A stretch of DNA of 63,625 nucleotides, the filler included, from Stramenopiles sp. TOSAG23-6 (Eukaryota), in NCBI GenBank assembly GCA_900128565.1. It is 9 parts of 9 records of this genome, joined end to end, with 100 filler letters (N's around TTAATTAATTAA, not from the genome) between each part and the next. Parts side by side here need not be neighbours in the genome. Positions count along the whole stretch, not along the records: positions 17,566 to 26,232 come from LT636427.1; positions 26,333 to 34,991 come from LT636428.1; 7 more parts are not named here. One strand, 5' to 3'. This document shows, one piece after another, positions 23,561-33,483 of this stretch. A model generated the notes under the pieces. It made no database searches. It was not told the origin of the DNA and saw only the letters and a program-made list of their open reading frames with translations. The stretch's first letter is position 1. Each line of letters opens with the position of its first letter. A program made the position numbers and the translations under genes.

Positions 23561-26076
23561 CTCTGGTGCTGTTGTTGCTGTTGTTGCTGCCGCTGAGGCT
23601 GCTGTTGCTGCTGCTGCCACTGCTGTTGTTGTTGCTGCTGCTGCTGCAGCTTCTTCAAGATAACAAGCATTGCCTGACAAAATAGAATGTTTTAGAGCTC
23701 GCGGATGAACCTGTGGGTCATTATCGTCAAAATCAGGAGTTATGATAACATCATCAGCACTAACATGTAAGATGGAATTATGAATCGAAACTGTTTTACA
23801 TGCATTAGATGCATTAGATGTAAACTGCACATGTATTTTGGAAAAATATTTCAAAAAAAATTCTAAAAGTTTTTTGTTAGGTACAAAATTTCGTATGAAA
23901 CCAAAAAAAAAAAACTTCAAATTTTCAAAAACAAATAAAACATACATAACCATCATTATCATTGTCTACAACATTGGAACTTTTGCATGCAATACAAGAA
24001 TCTACAAGAGTATATGTTCTAAATATGGTAAAAGGGTGGATAGTATCCTTATTATCATCACAGTCGCATAAACCTGTATAGGGCGCTTCATGTATTTTGG
24101 AAAAATATTTCAAAAAAAAAACACTTAAATTTGTTAGGTACAAAATTTTCAAAAAAAAAAAAATCGAATTTGAAAAAAACTGAAACATACAATCTTATTG
24201 TTATCAAAAACTTGTATTTTTGGTTCAGTTGTGGCATCTTCTTCTTCTTCTGTTGTTGTTGTTCCAGTTGTTGTTGTTGTTGCTTCTTCTGGTGTTGATA
24301 TAATAATAAGACATTTAATATCTTCATTTGGACACCCAGAGTAACCTTTATAAGGTAGTGAATCCAATTCTTTTTTATTTGGATAACCGTCATTATCTAC
24401 ATCAATTTGTTGAGATGGTAAAGTTCTACAAAACGAACCATTTGCTAAACATTTATAACAATGTTCTTTACATTCTGAAATATCCTCAATTCTTTTGACA
24501 AAATATTTAGGTTCAACTTCTTCGTCTGATTTAACAATCACCATTTGGTTGCTTCCAGGATATATAAACGGATCATTATCATCACAATCATACTTACCAT
24601 GGTACCTTGTTTGCTGTTGTTGAGGATTACCACACGCATTTATTGTGAAAAAGAATCGTTTGTTTTTGTAAAAAAAATGTTAGGTACGAAATTTCGTACG
24701 AAAAAAAAATCACTATGAACATTTTGTATTTTGAATATGCAATTTTCATAGTAAAAAAAATATAAATTCATGAAAAAAAACCAAAAAAAACAAAATATAA
24801 ATGTAAAACATGTATACAATAAATGATGAAAACAAACATATGGGTTATTATGAGTTGGATTGCGATGAGGATATCCATGTATTTTGGAAAAATATTTCAA
24901 AAAAAAATCTTAAAAAAGTTGTTAGGTACAAAATTTTTTTACCAAAAAAAAAAAAATTCACCCAAAAAAAAAATAAAACATACATCGTTATCAACGTCGT
25001 CTAATGCACATACTTGTCCATTTGCCATACATTTATACACGTCACAACTTGCTTCTGTCTTCTTCTTTTGTACACCGTCTTCTTCTTTTTCTCCACAATC
25101 AGTGATACTAGATGAATCGCAATCTTCTCTTGCCAAGAATTTTGTAAATGCTGCTACGTTTAATTTTGCCTCGACTTTAAAGTAACAAATATCACCACAA
25201 CATGTACAACCACATTGACCATCTTTTGTTATATCAATTGTACCATCGCAGTCATTATCAATATGGATTTTAGGAAAATATTTCAAAAAAAAAAAAAAAA
25301 AATCGTTAGGTACAAAATTTCGTATGAAAAAAAAAATCGAAATTGAAATCAAAACGTACTTTATCACCACATATTTCTTCTGCATCTGGATGAATATCTT
25401 TATCTTTGTCATCACAATCTTGAACAACAGGTAAATCTTCTTTTTTATAACCATCACAATCTTCATCATTTGTTTTTGTAGTTGTATATGTATTTTGAAA
25501 AAATATTTGAAAGAAAAAAAACTTACATTTGTTAGGTACAAAATTTTTATAAAAAACAAAAAACAAAAATTCAAGTTTGAAAAAACATAAAACATACATG
25601 GATTTTGATCATCACAATCAAAATCTTCTTCAGGACCCGTATACTTTGTCAATGTATATTCTTCCCATATATTTTGAAAAATATTTTTTTTTAAATATTT
25701 TTGTTAGGTACAACATTTCGTACGAAAAAAAAAANTGNAANTGNAAANTAATAAAATATACATGGATAATGAATTCCTTCATCTGTTGAAGTAGGAAGCA
25801 TGACGACACATGCTTTATCGCCTTGTTCTACATGTATTGTGAATTTATTTATTTATTTATTTTTTTGTTAGGTACAAAATTTCGTATGAAAAAAAAGTTT
25901 TTAAAAAAATTAAAAAAAAAAAAAAAAAAAAACATACAAATTCATCTCCATCATGATCTAAACAAAATTGATCATTATCCATACAACGATAATATTTACG
26001 TCGCAAATTATTGTATTGAAAATGTATTTAGGAAAAATATTTCACATTTTTACAGTTTTTACAAATTTGTTAGATA

Positions 26077-26125
<49 letters not shown>

Positions 26126-26232
26126 TTTTTTAGTTTTTTATAAAAATTTTTTTACCAAAAAAAAAAAAAAAATTTGAAAAAAAAAAAAAAAAAAAATAAA
26201 ACATACATTATACCTCACTACACTACCATCAG
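22094..26232 (-). CDS. multi-exon surface/secreted protein with MopE-like / thrombospondin-3-like Asp-rich repeats and Ala/Thr-rich spacer, 5'-partial
   Basis: DCDDKDKDIHPDAEEICGDK|IDNDCDG, DNDNDGFP, DDTDPEIYPGA repeats, repeated YKCxxNGQFC; about 9 family introns. Confidence 0.7.
22531..23650. repeat. degenerate trinucleotide (GCT/GTT/ACT)n array, coding Ala/Thr/Glu/Lys on the minus strand
   Basis: About 1.1 kb of NNT triplets, in frame with flanking Asp-rich exonic sequence on the minus strand. Confidence 0.9.
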
Positions 26233-26340
26233 NNNNNNNNNNNNNNNNNNNNNNNNNNNNNNNNNNNNNNNNNNNNTTAATTAATTAANNNNNNNNNNNN
26301 NNNNNNNNNNNNNNNNNNNNNNNNNNNNNNNNTGTTCTGA

Positions 26341-26456
26341 ACTGGGAGATTCGCAATCATTCGAACAATTCTTTCGCCTTTTACTAAAGAATTCCGTGGT
26401 TACGAATTGCTAATCCCACTGATCCCAATGTTTGGATATACAAACTCTCACGAGTT
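26341..26456 (+). ncRNA. U5: U5 spliceosomal snRNA
   Basis: Invariant loop 1 GCCTTTTAC (26376-26384) closed by an 8-bp stem AATTCTTT/AAAGAATT, then CCG, Sm-like AATGTTTGG (26427-26435) and 3' hairpin AACTC-TCAC-GAGTT. Confidence 0.92.
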
Positions 26457-26460
26457 ACTG

Positions 26461-26662
26461 ATACCTTCTCGGCCTTTTGGCTAAGATCAAGTGTAGTATC
26501 TGTTCTTATTAGAGTGAAATCTAATATTCAGGTCATAGACCTGTAATTTTTCACACTAATTTTTCTAGGATCGATATGGGCGAGCAGTCGTTTACGATAG
26601 CCCCCTAATCAAGCTTGTCTTTTGCATTGCACTATCGCTCTGTGACGAGCGCCCGAAAGGGC
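26461..26662 (+). ncRNA. U2: U2 spliceosomal snRNA
   Basis: ATACCTTCTCGGCCTTTTGGCTAAGATCAAGTGTAGTATCTGTTCTT 5' end, branch-pairing GTAGTA (26493-26498), stems IIa/IIb, Sm site AATTTTTC, loop IV ATTGCAC; an extra GCCC-GAAA-GGGC hairpin at 26651-26662 may lie outside the mature RNA. Confidence 0.97.
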
Positions 26663-26680
26663 ATCTGTTTTTCCTTCTCA

Positions 26681-26839
26681 AAACGTACATGGAGTGATTT
26701 GGAGGTGGTCAATATGGCCTCTAAATCCGAGTGAAGCAAGACCTGATCACTTTGGTTGTTTGTAAAGCTCGGTGCTGCTCTTCGGAGTATGCGGATTCTC
26801 AATTTTTTGTAGGGCTCTGCAGCGCGTGCGCTCTTAGCC
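26681..26839 (+). ncRNA. U1: variant U1 snRNA with altered 5'-splice-site recognition sequence
   Basis: 5' AAACGTACATGG (9/12 identical to ATACTTACCTGG); SL-I 11-bp stem with 10-nt loop GGTCAATATG (cf. GATCACGAAG); SL-II loop TGATCACTTT (cf. ATTGCACTYY); SL-III with UUCG; closing helix GAGT/ATTC; Sm site AATTTTTTG (26801-26809); terminal stem GGCT..AGCC. Confidence 0.88.
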
Positions 26840-26845
26840 ATCTGT

Positions 26846-26980
26846 ATCTTTGCGCTTGGGGCATTACCTTTACCATTGACGTTCGCTGAGGTTGGGTTAT
26901 TGCTAGTTGAAAACTACATTCCAAGTTCATGGTTCTTCCTAGTGTTGAACCTAATTTCTCAAACGTCTCTCACGAGATAC
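26846..26980 (+). ncRNA. U4: U4 spliceosomal snRNA
   Basis: 5' ATCTTTGCGCTTGGGGCA (U6 stem II partner), TGAG k-turn element, TTGCTAGTTGAAAACT (stem I), Sm-like AATTTCT, 3' hairpin TCTC-TCAC-GAGA. Confidence 0.92.
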
Positions 26981-26982
26981 TG

Positions 26983-27040
26983 ATGCCAATTACCTTTATG
27001 GTGTTGTGCTAAGATTTGTGTTTCTTAATTTCTAAGGAAA
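26983..27040 (+). ncRNA. candidate small Sm-site RNA of unknown class
   Basis: Starts after the same ACTG spacer as U2; hairpin, then ATTTGTG (27014-27020), then hairpin TTTCTTA/TAAGGAA. Structure by eye only. Confidence 0.35.
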
Positions 27041-27043
27041 ATG

Positions 27044-27093
27044 TAAGATACTGCTGGTGTAGTTTTAATGCAGTTCGATTCTGCTTTGTCTTA
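27044..27093 (+). ncRNA. minimal tRNA-like structure lacking anticodon arm
   Basis: 7-bp closing stem TAAGATA/TGTCTTA, hairpin CTGC-TGGT-GTAG, T-arm-like GCAG-TTCGATT-CTGC. Confidence 0.45.
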
Positions 27094-27466
27094 ATTATTC
27101 GTTTACAGTATTTTTTCTTTATTTTTTTTCATTTATGTAAAATGTTTTTGCTTCATTCCTTCCAATAACAAATTGATTGTTACTTGTAAAATAGTTGATT
27201 TTGCTTACTATGTCTTTTACAATGACGTTAATGAATATTTTTGACTTTTAATTATAAAAGAATAACGAATGGACTAATGATTAAAGAAAACAAAAATTGA
27301 AACAAATCTAAAAATATTGCTCATCAAAATTCAAATGAAAACTAAGTTGGGATTTTAATAAATGGTAATTTGAAACCAAAATTAATTTTCAAATTATACC
27401 CTACAACTCCATTTTATAATTTACAAAAAAGATTTATATATATATATAAAATATTTTTTATATTTT

Positions 27467-28816
27467 TTACAAGCTTTTTACACTCTTTAGCTCGATTGGA
27501 GCTTCCAAAGCTGCTTCACTTCGACATAGTAGAAGCATATTTATAACAAAAAGCAATTTAAAAGATATAGCTAACATAAGAATCATGCAAAGGTCTTCAA
27601 AGTATTTGTCTTCACTGCTGACAGTTTGATAATTAAATCCTAAATTCTGAAGGACTTGTTCACCAGTATACCCGTAGCAATACTTCACACTCTTGGAACA
27701 TCGATATCCACCAGCAGCACCAGCAACAGTGTTACAGTTGGGTTCACTGGGATTACAAGGCACAGCTCCTTCATAGGTTCTATCTAGAAATTCAAGATTA
27801 ATAAGAGTTCGAAGTCCATATGTGTGAGGGGTAATATAACAAAATATTCTAAGAGGCCAAATAATATCATCTCTTCCAATCATAATTCCGCCAAATAAAA
27901 ATGAAGCAAACCAAAAGTTCATAAATTGCATCATACCTAGTATAGGATTATGAAAAGTTATAGCAAGCGCCTGCGCAACACATTCAAAACTCCACAGTAA
28001 TGCTGCAAATATTAAAAATGCTTTCAAAAGAGAATTTTCATTCCAATTTCCAATTCCATAGCCAGAGATCCCACAGGATGAAAGTGCCAAAACAAGCATC
28101 ATTGGAAACTCAATAATGATATTAGATATAATATACGCCATCGCACTGCACATTCCATTTTTAATTTCCTGCTGAAGTATTCTGCCTTCAGAGTTGTAGG
28201 AATGGACAGCAACACATGCAAGTTGACAAGGAACACCAACATGCCATAACAGTACCCACATTTTATTCAGAATTTGGCTTTGTTTTCTATCACGGCTGGA
28301 CAAATATACAATGGCAAAAAAAGTCATCAAAAAAATAAAACCAATGGCTCTTCCTAGGTACACCATTGGATCCCTTTTTACAAGTAACCATCTCCGTCTA
28401 GTCAGAGTGAATACTTGCCTACATAGTGATACATTTGTTGAAGTATTTGGTTTCACAACGGTGGTGTCATATTCATAATTGTCGTTAGTAAGTTCAAGAT
28501 TGTTTTCAATGCTATATTTGTTCCATGCATCCACTGTATCCTCGACAACTGAAGGATCTGTAAAATCTTTATTGATCAACTCTATAAAGTACTCTGCCGG
28601 GTTAAGATTTGAAGGACCCTTCCTACCAATTATTTCACAATAATTCATTGTATCTGAAGGAGAACCACGGTAAGCAACTTTGCCATCCGCTAACATGATT
28701 ACATGATTTATTCCTAAATAAACCCGTGATGAAGGAGCGTGTATAGTTGCAAACATAATAATATTTTCTTTTTCAGCTAACTGTCTTAAAAACAATATTA
28801 TATTTGCAGCAGCGGC
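27467..28816 (-). CDS. ABCG (White-family) transporter, C-terminal part
   Basis: AAANII..L, ATIHAPSS (H-loop), LADGKVAYRG, NPAEYFIEL, ABC2 membrane domain; Walker A/B exons absent. Confidence 0.88.
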   Translation of the reverse strand, partial: AAAANIILFLRQLAEKENIIMFATIHAPSSRVYLGINHVIMLADGKVAYRGSPSDTMNYCEIIGRKGPSNLNPAEYFIELINKDFTDPSVVEDTVDAWNKYSIENNLELTNDNYEYDTTVVKPNTSTNVSLCRQVFTLTRRRWLLVKRDPMVYLGRAIGFIFLMTFFAIVYLSSRDRKQSQILNKMWVLLWHVGVPCQLACVAVHSYNSEGRILQQEIKNGMCSAMAYIISNIIIEFPMMLVLALSSCGISGYGIGNWNENSLLKAFLIFAALLWSFECVAQALAITFHNPILGMMQFMNFWFASFLFGGIMIGRDDIIWPLRIFCYITPHTYGLRTLINLEFLDRTYEGAVPCNPSEPNCNTVAGAAGGYRCSKSVKYCYGYTGEQVLQNLGFNYQTVSSEDKYFEDLCMILMLAISFKLLFVINMLLLCRSEAALEAPIELKSVKSL

Positions 28817-28922
28817 ATGTATTGTGAAAAAATATTTCAAAAAAAAAAAAAANTTAAATTTGTTAGGTACAAAATTTCGTACGATAAAAAAAACTTCGAA
28901 TTTGAAAAAAAATAAAACATAC

Positions 28923-29922
28923 ATGTATTTCCAGGAACAGACTTTAATTGGATAGACTTGAATCCAAAATATAATGATTCAGTACAGAAAAATTTGGTTG
29001 TTGTACTAGGTTCCAAAGATTTGACTGGACTATGGACTAAGAAATTCCAAATACATCGCGACATTTCGATATTACTTGTTTTACCAAGACAAGATTTGGC
29101 AGCAGATACCAGGGTAACTGGTATCATTTCTACATCACCAGAGATTGTTTTATTCTCTATTTTACTAAAGCAAGAAGGTGCTTTACCACTCAAAGTAAGA
29201 AGATTTAGTAGATGTTCTAAAGTATTGGATTCAAACTCAGGGTGAGCTTGAAAAGTCAAAATATTTCTTTCATTGAAAGTACCATGAACTGAGCAATGAG
29301 AATTCCCCCCAATATTTTTCAATCCTTGCCCAATTTTTGTAACAATATCATTATGTATATACAATAAGCTTAGATCATTGATGTTGTCACTCAAATTTGA
29401 TTTAGTCTCAAGACTTTTAATATATGTAGCGCCTTCAGAATTTAAGTGAAATTTTCTGTTTCCAAATTCCATTCCTTTACTGCTCTTCTCAACTTCACCA
29501 CCTAATGCTAAATTAATAATTTGGTGACCGAAACAGCTACCATACAGTTTATGTCCAAATGAGTGAAGTTCACGTATAGTGCGAATCATTTGTAAAATCC
29601 ATGGCGTATCTGTTTCATATGCAGCGTGGCTTGAACCAGTTATAAGGAAAGCATCAAAGCTATTAAAGTATCCAAAAGTTGGAAAGTGCCCTTTTGCACA
29701 ATCATACACAACAACAGAAAATTCAGGTTCAGAAACCCCATTTGTTTTACGCAATTGAATTGCAGCTTCCCGTCCTTGCTTCAACAATTGTTTAAAGTGT
29801 AAGGAATAATCAAGTGTAGACTTCGACGGGCATCGTAAGATAGCAAAACGTAGATGCTTTTGAGTGCCGCTGCTGGTGTCTTGCTCAACAGTATCACCGG
29901 GATAGGCAACAGATTTACTCAT
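28923..29922 (-). CDS. class I glutamine amidotransferase-like domain protein, first exon
   Basis: FLITGSSHAAY...PWI, GSCFGHQII..ALGG, FQAHPEF (Cys-His-Glu triad). Confidence 0.85.
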
Positions 29923-30477
29923 TATTTGTTGATACTATATCAACAGCTTCATATTTCATGGCTAATATTTGGATTCAAATTTGTAGACACTCTAACAATC
30001 TTTTATTACTAGCTAGTACGTAGATAATTATATAGTCTTGGGAATAGATTCCAATAGAATCTTTCAATGATTCTTTGAGATCTTTCGACTGATCGACAAA
30101 ATTTAGGTACAAAACTGGACAAAACTGCTTTTTCTAATAAGTGCTTTTTTTTGGTTTTGGAAAAATTATGATGAAATCGGCGGTCATTTTTCTGTATTAT
30201 CCTTCTCGACTTGTTCCTTCACGATTTGAGATTATCATTTCTCGGAATATTCTAGATTACCTTTCATTTGGTTGACTTTAAAACTGTCTTTCAAGAATAT
30301 TACTAGATCATTTCATTTATCTTCGGGTACCAGTATCTGTCGTAATTGTATAATTTTACGTCAGCTATTAGTATAAAGTTGTGTTGTGTACGCCATTAGT
30401 ATAAAGTTGTGTTGTACACTTTTTAGAATACAGAGAGTTAAGCGCACGTGTCGACTTCAAATTGATATAATCACACG

Positions 30478-30765
30478 ATGAATGTATCTAACTTTATAAC
30501 CGACATGGGTTGGTTTCGCTTGATAGTTTTACTTTGCATCGCTTGGTTGACAATGGTTTTGTGGAGAATGGCTAGCTCCACCACGACAGCTTCCGCTTCT
30601 CAACGAAAGAATACGAGAAAAGGAGTCAACTCAAAGAGATTACAGGGTTTCAGAAACAGCAGTGAGTTGTTTACAAAACGGAAGTTGGCCGTGTTTGAGG
30701 CAGCACGTTCGCGCTATAATTTAATTCATGGTTTAGATCCGAGTTCTAAGTTGAAAAAAATATAG
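30478..30765 (+). CDS. small single-pass membrane protein, hypothetical
   Basis: 95-aa ORF with one hydrophobic helix and basic tail, convergent with NSE2. Confidence 0.4.
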   Translation: MNVSNFITDMGWFRLIVLLCIAWLTMVLWRMASSTTTASASQRKNTRKGVNSKRLQGFRNSSELFTKRKLAVFEAARSRYNLIHGLDPSSKLKKI

Positions 30766-30881
30766 GGTTTGGAAGTCAGGTTTAAGTTAAAAAATTTATA
30801 GAATATCCTTATAAATAGCAGTGTTTATTATTTTTAGATACATAGTTTCTAAATAGTTCAGTCTAATATAAATCGAACATT

Positions 30882-31649
30882 TTATTCATCATCATCAGAG
30901 TCAATTTCTTCGTCAAATCTGCTTCGTTGGCGTTGCGACTGTGAACGGCGTCTATTACTTGCTTCAACTTCAAGTGCAGTGTCTTTCACTAGGGTACTTT
31001 TAGTTACTATTTGATTACAACCAGCCACTGGACATTTTACCGAGGCCTTATTCCTCAGCATATGATATATACCCTCCTTATTATAACTATGACCACACAA
31101 CTGGTTTTGTAGTGGTTCGCACCAATCGAGCATTGTAATAGGACACTTTCTTGCAGTGGTATCAGAAGAAGGCATTTCTTCAAAGTCATCGTCCTTATTC
31201 TTACCTGAACCTAATACACGACTAAGTTTTTGGCAATACTTATGGGATTGAATACGTTCATCTGTGATTTTTTCAATCTCTACTTCATAACGCTGTGTTT
31301 CGATAAGTTCAAAGTCAAAACGTTCTGGCATGTTTTCATCCTTTCCTTCTTCAAGCGATTTCCCTTTAAATTGAGCAAACTCCTGCTTCGCAAATTGCCG
31401 AGCTTTTAACCAACATTCGAGTTCTGAATAACATCGCGCATAATTATTGACGCAAGTTTTGAGTACTTCAATGTTCTGAGTTGCGGTGCTGGCGTCTTCT
31501 TCATCATTGTTAGATTTCAACTTGAGCATTTCCTTTACAAACAACAGAGTTTCCTCAAACTGTCTATCTATTTCCTCTTTCCTTTCTGCGATATGTTTTG
31601 ATAATATCTTTATCGTATTATCTATCGCATGAACTCCATAACCTACCAT
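30882..31649 (-). CDS. NSE2: E3 SUMO ligase NSE2/MMS21 (SP-RING)
   Basis: N-terminal helical region, then CPIT....EPLQNQLCGHSY..EGI....KCPVAGC. Confidence 0.8.
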   Translation of the reverse strand: MVGYGVHAIDNTIKILSKHIAERKEEIDRQFEETLLFVKEMLKLKSNNDEEDASTATQNIEVLKTCVNNYARCYSELECWLKARQFAKQEFAQFKGKSLEEGKDENMPERFDFELIETQRYEVEIEKITDERIQSHKYCQKLSRVLGSGKNKDDDFEEMPSSDTTARKCPITMLDWCEPLQNQLCGHSYNKEGIYHMLRNKASVKCPVAGCNQIVTKSTLVKDTALEVEASNRRRSQSQRQRSRFDEEIDSDDDE

Positions 31650-31898
31650 TCTGAAGCAAACGCACCCAATTTAGAAGTCAATTTGAATAAGAATACTTCG
31701 AAGTTCGAACGACGACGATGAAAAAGGATGCGAGAAAAAAAATTGTCAAAAAAAAACAAGAAGCCGAAGCGGAAGTCAAAATTTTGAATCACGATGATGC
31801 CGAATGGAATGCAGTCTAAAACAAAGGAATTCAGAATTATAGTAGCTATATAGTAATTGACTTACGTTTGATACTTTTGGAACTGTATTAACAGAGCA

Positions 31899-33205
31899 AT
31901 GAAGTTGCCGTTTAGATTTCATAAAAGAACTTTCTTAAATAATACTGTGTACTGTGTTTTCATTTCTTTTGTTATATTAATTTTACGTACAAAGGTTTCG
32001 GATGTTCGCAAAATGTGGACTTCACTCAAAAGCAAAGTAGACAACACTTTCTTGAGCGTTGGTCTGAATGACCAAGATGAAAAAGATCCTATTTCTACCC
32101 CTGATTTACTTTTAAAGCACATACAATCTGCAGAATTGGAGCTTTTTGCTTTAGAGGAAGCAATAAATTACAAAAGAATGTATATAAAAAATGTAAAAAT
32201 GGCATATGCAAATCTCCACGGAAACTCAGGTACTTTAGTTGACAAAGAGAAAAAACCTCATATTTTTTCGAGTTCCCTTGAGAACAATATTACCTTTGAC
32301 TATTTAAATCATGCGAGGAATATAAAATCCCACATAAAAATGAAAGATTCACCTGAAAGTGAAGCAGCTATAGTGGAACAANNNNNNNNNNNNNNNNNNN
32401 NNNNNNNNNNNNNNNNNNNNNNNNNNNNNNNNNNNNNNNNNNNNNNNNNNNNNNNNNNNNNNNNNNNNNNNNNNNTCTAATACCTGAAGGCGAACAGAAC
32501 GTATGGCATATTCCATGTGGAGAAAATATATATAGTATTAATTGGTATGGTAATATTAGTGGTTGTTCGCCACAACGCTGTAGTAGGAGAATTCGTGACC
32601 ACGTGGCAAGTTTGAAGGAATGCAAATCTGCTATCAAATATATATCAACTGCAATGAATAATTTATTTCATAGAGGTGGCTCAACATCTCTTGTAGCAAA
32701 TACACCAGAACGCCTTGGACCTATGGGCCATAAGTTAATTCAAACGCTTATTAATCGAACACGAAATATCATTATAAAGGATTATGATCTGACGTCTCCT
32801 TTGTACAATAGCGGTTCGTTATTATCTCGACTAACTGCAGAGTTTGAAGATGATGAGTGGGAAGCAGCACCAAATGGATATGCATACTGGAACGCACATG
32901 TTGATAAGGCAAATATAGCTTCGTATGACTATTCTGCATTGTTATATCTTAATAGCCAAATAGATGATATAGACCAAGTCATTTTGAACGATGACTTTCA
33001 AAATTTTTCTGGTGGAAAATTCGTATTCATAGATGCTAAAGTGAATCATATTGTTGTACCAACTCCAGGACGTTTGGTAACTTTTACGTCTGGACTTGAA
33101 AATTTACATCGAGTGAGAGAAGTCACTCGTGGAACTCGTTTTGTTCTTGCCATGTGGTTCACTTGTGATAAATCTCGAGAATATTCTGATTCTGATTCTT
33201 TGTAA
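31899..33205 (+). CDS. OGFOD3: 2OG-Fe(II) oxygenase, OGFOD3/prolyl-hydroxylase-like (spans scaffold gap)
   Basis: YWNAHVDK, YDYSALLYLN, FSGGKFVF, FTSGLENLHRV, GTRFVLAMWFTCD; N gap at 32382-32475. Confidence 0.75.
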
Positions 33206-33483
33206 CTTTTTACATTATTGGTACTAGTTATTTGTATGTCAAAAATTGAAAAATTAAAAATTAAAATCGATTTTAGCGTTACGATTTCTGCTCTTTAGGT
33301 ACCAATTTTTTGGTAGGGATATATCGCGGATATTATGTGATCGGGGCTGCTATATTTTCCTAGGAGAAAATGCAATTTCCTAAGAAGGTTCCAAGGGTTC
33401 CACATTTCCTAATTGAGATTTAATTATGCATCATCAGATATATCCGAAACTACATATATCACGGAACACACATTGCATGTAAG

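Noticed and set aside
22503-23685. Plus-strand poly-Ala/Val and poly-Leu ORFs
   Set aside because: Shadow frames of the triplet array; the minus frame joins flanking exons and matches intron orientation.
23831-26206. Regularly spaced repeats with unique spacers resembling a CRISPR array
   Set aside because: The spacers are in-frame exons of variable length, the repeats vary in length, the context is eukaryotic and there are no cas genes.
26681-26839. U11 snRNA identity for the variant RNA
   Set aside because: The 5' end aligns with U1 (9/12), not with U11 AAAAAGGGC, and the SL-I loop resembles the U1-70K site.
26632-26841. 69-aa minus-strand ORF
   Set aside because: Antisense to structured U2/U1v RNA genes; no protein features.
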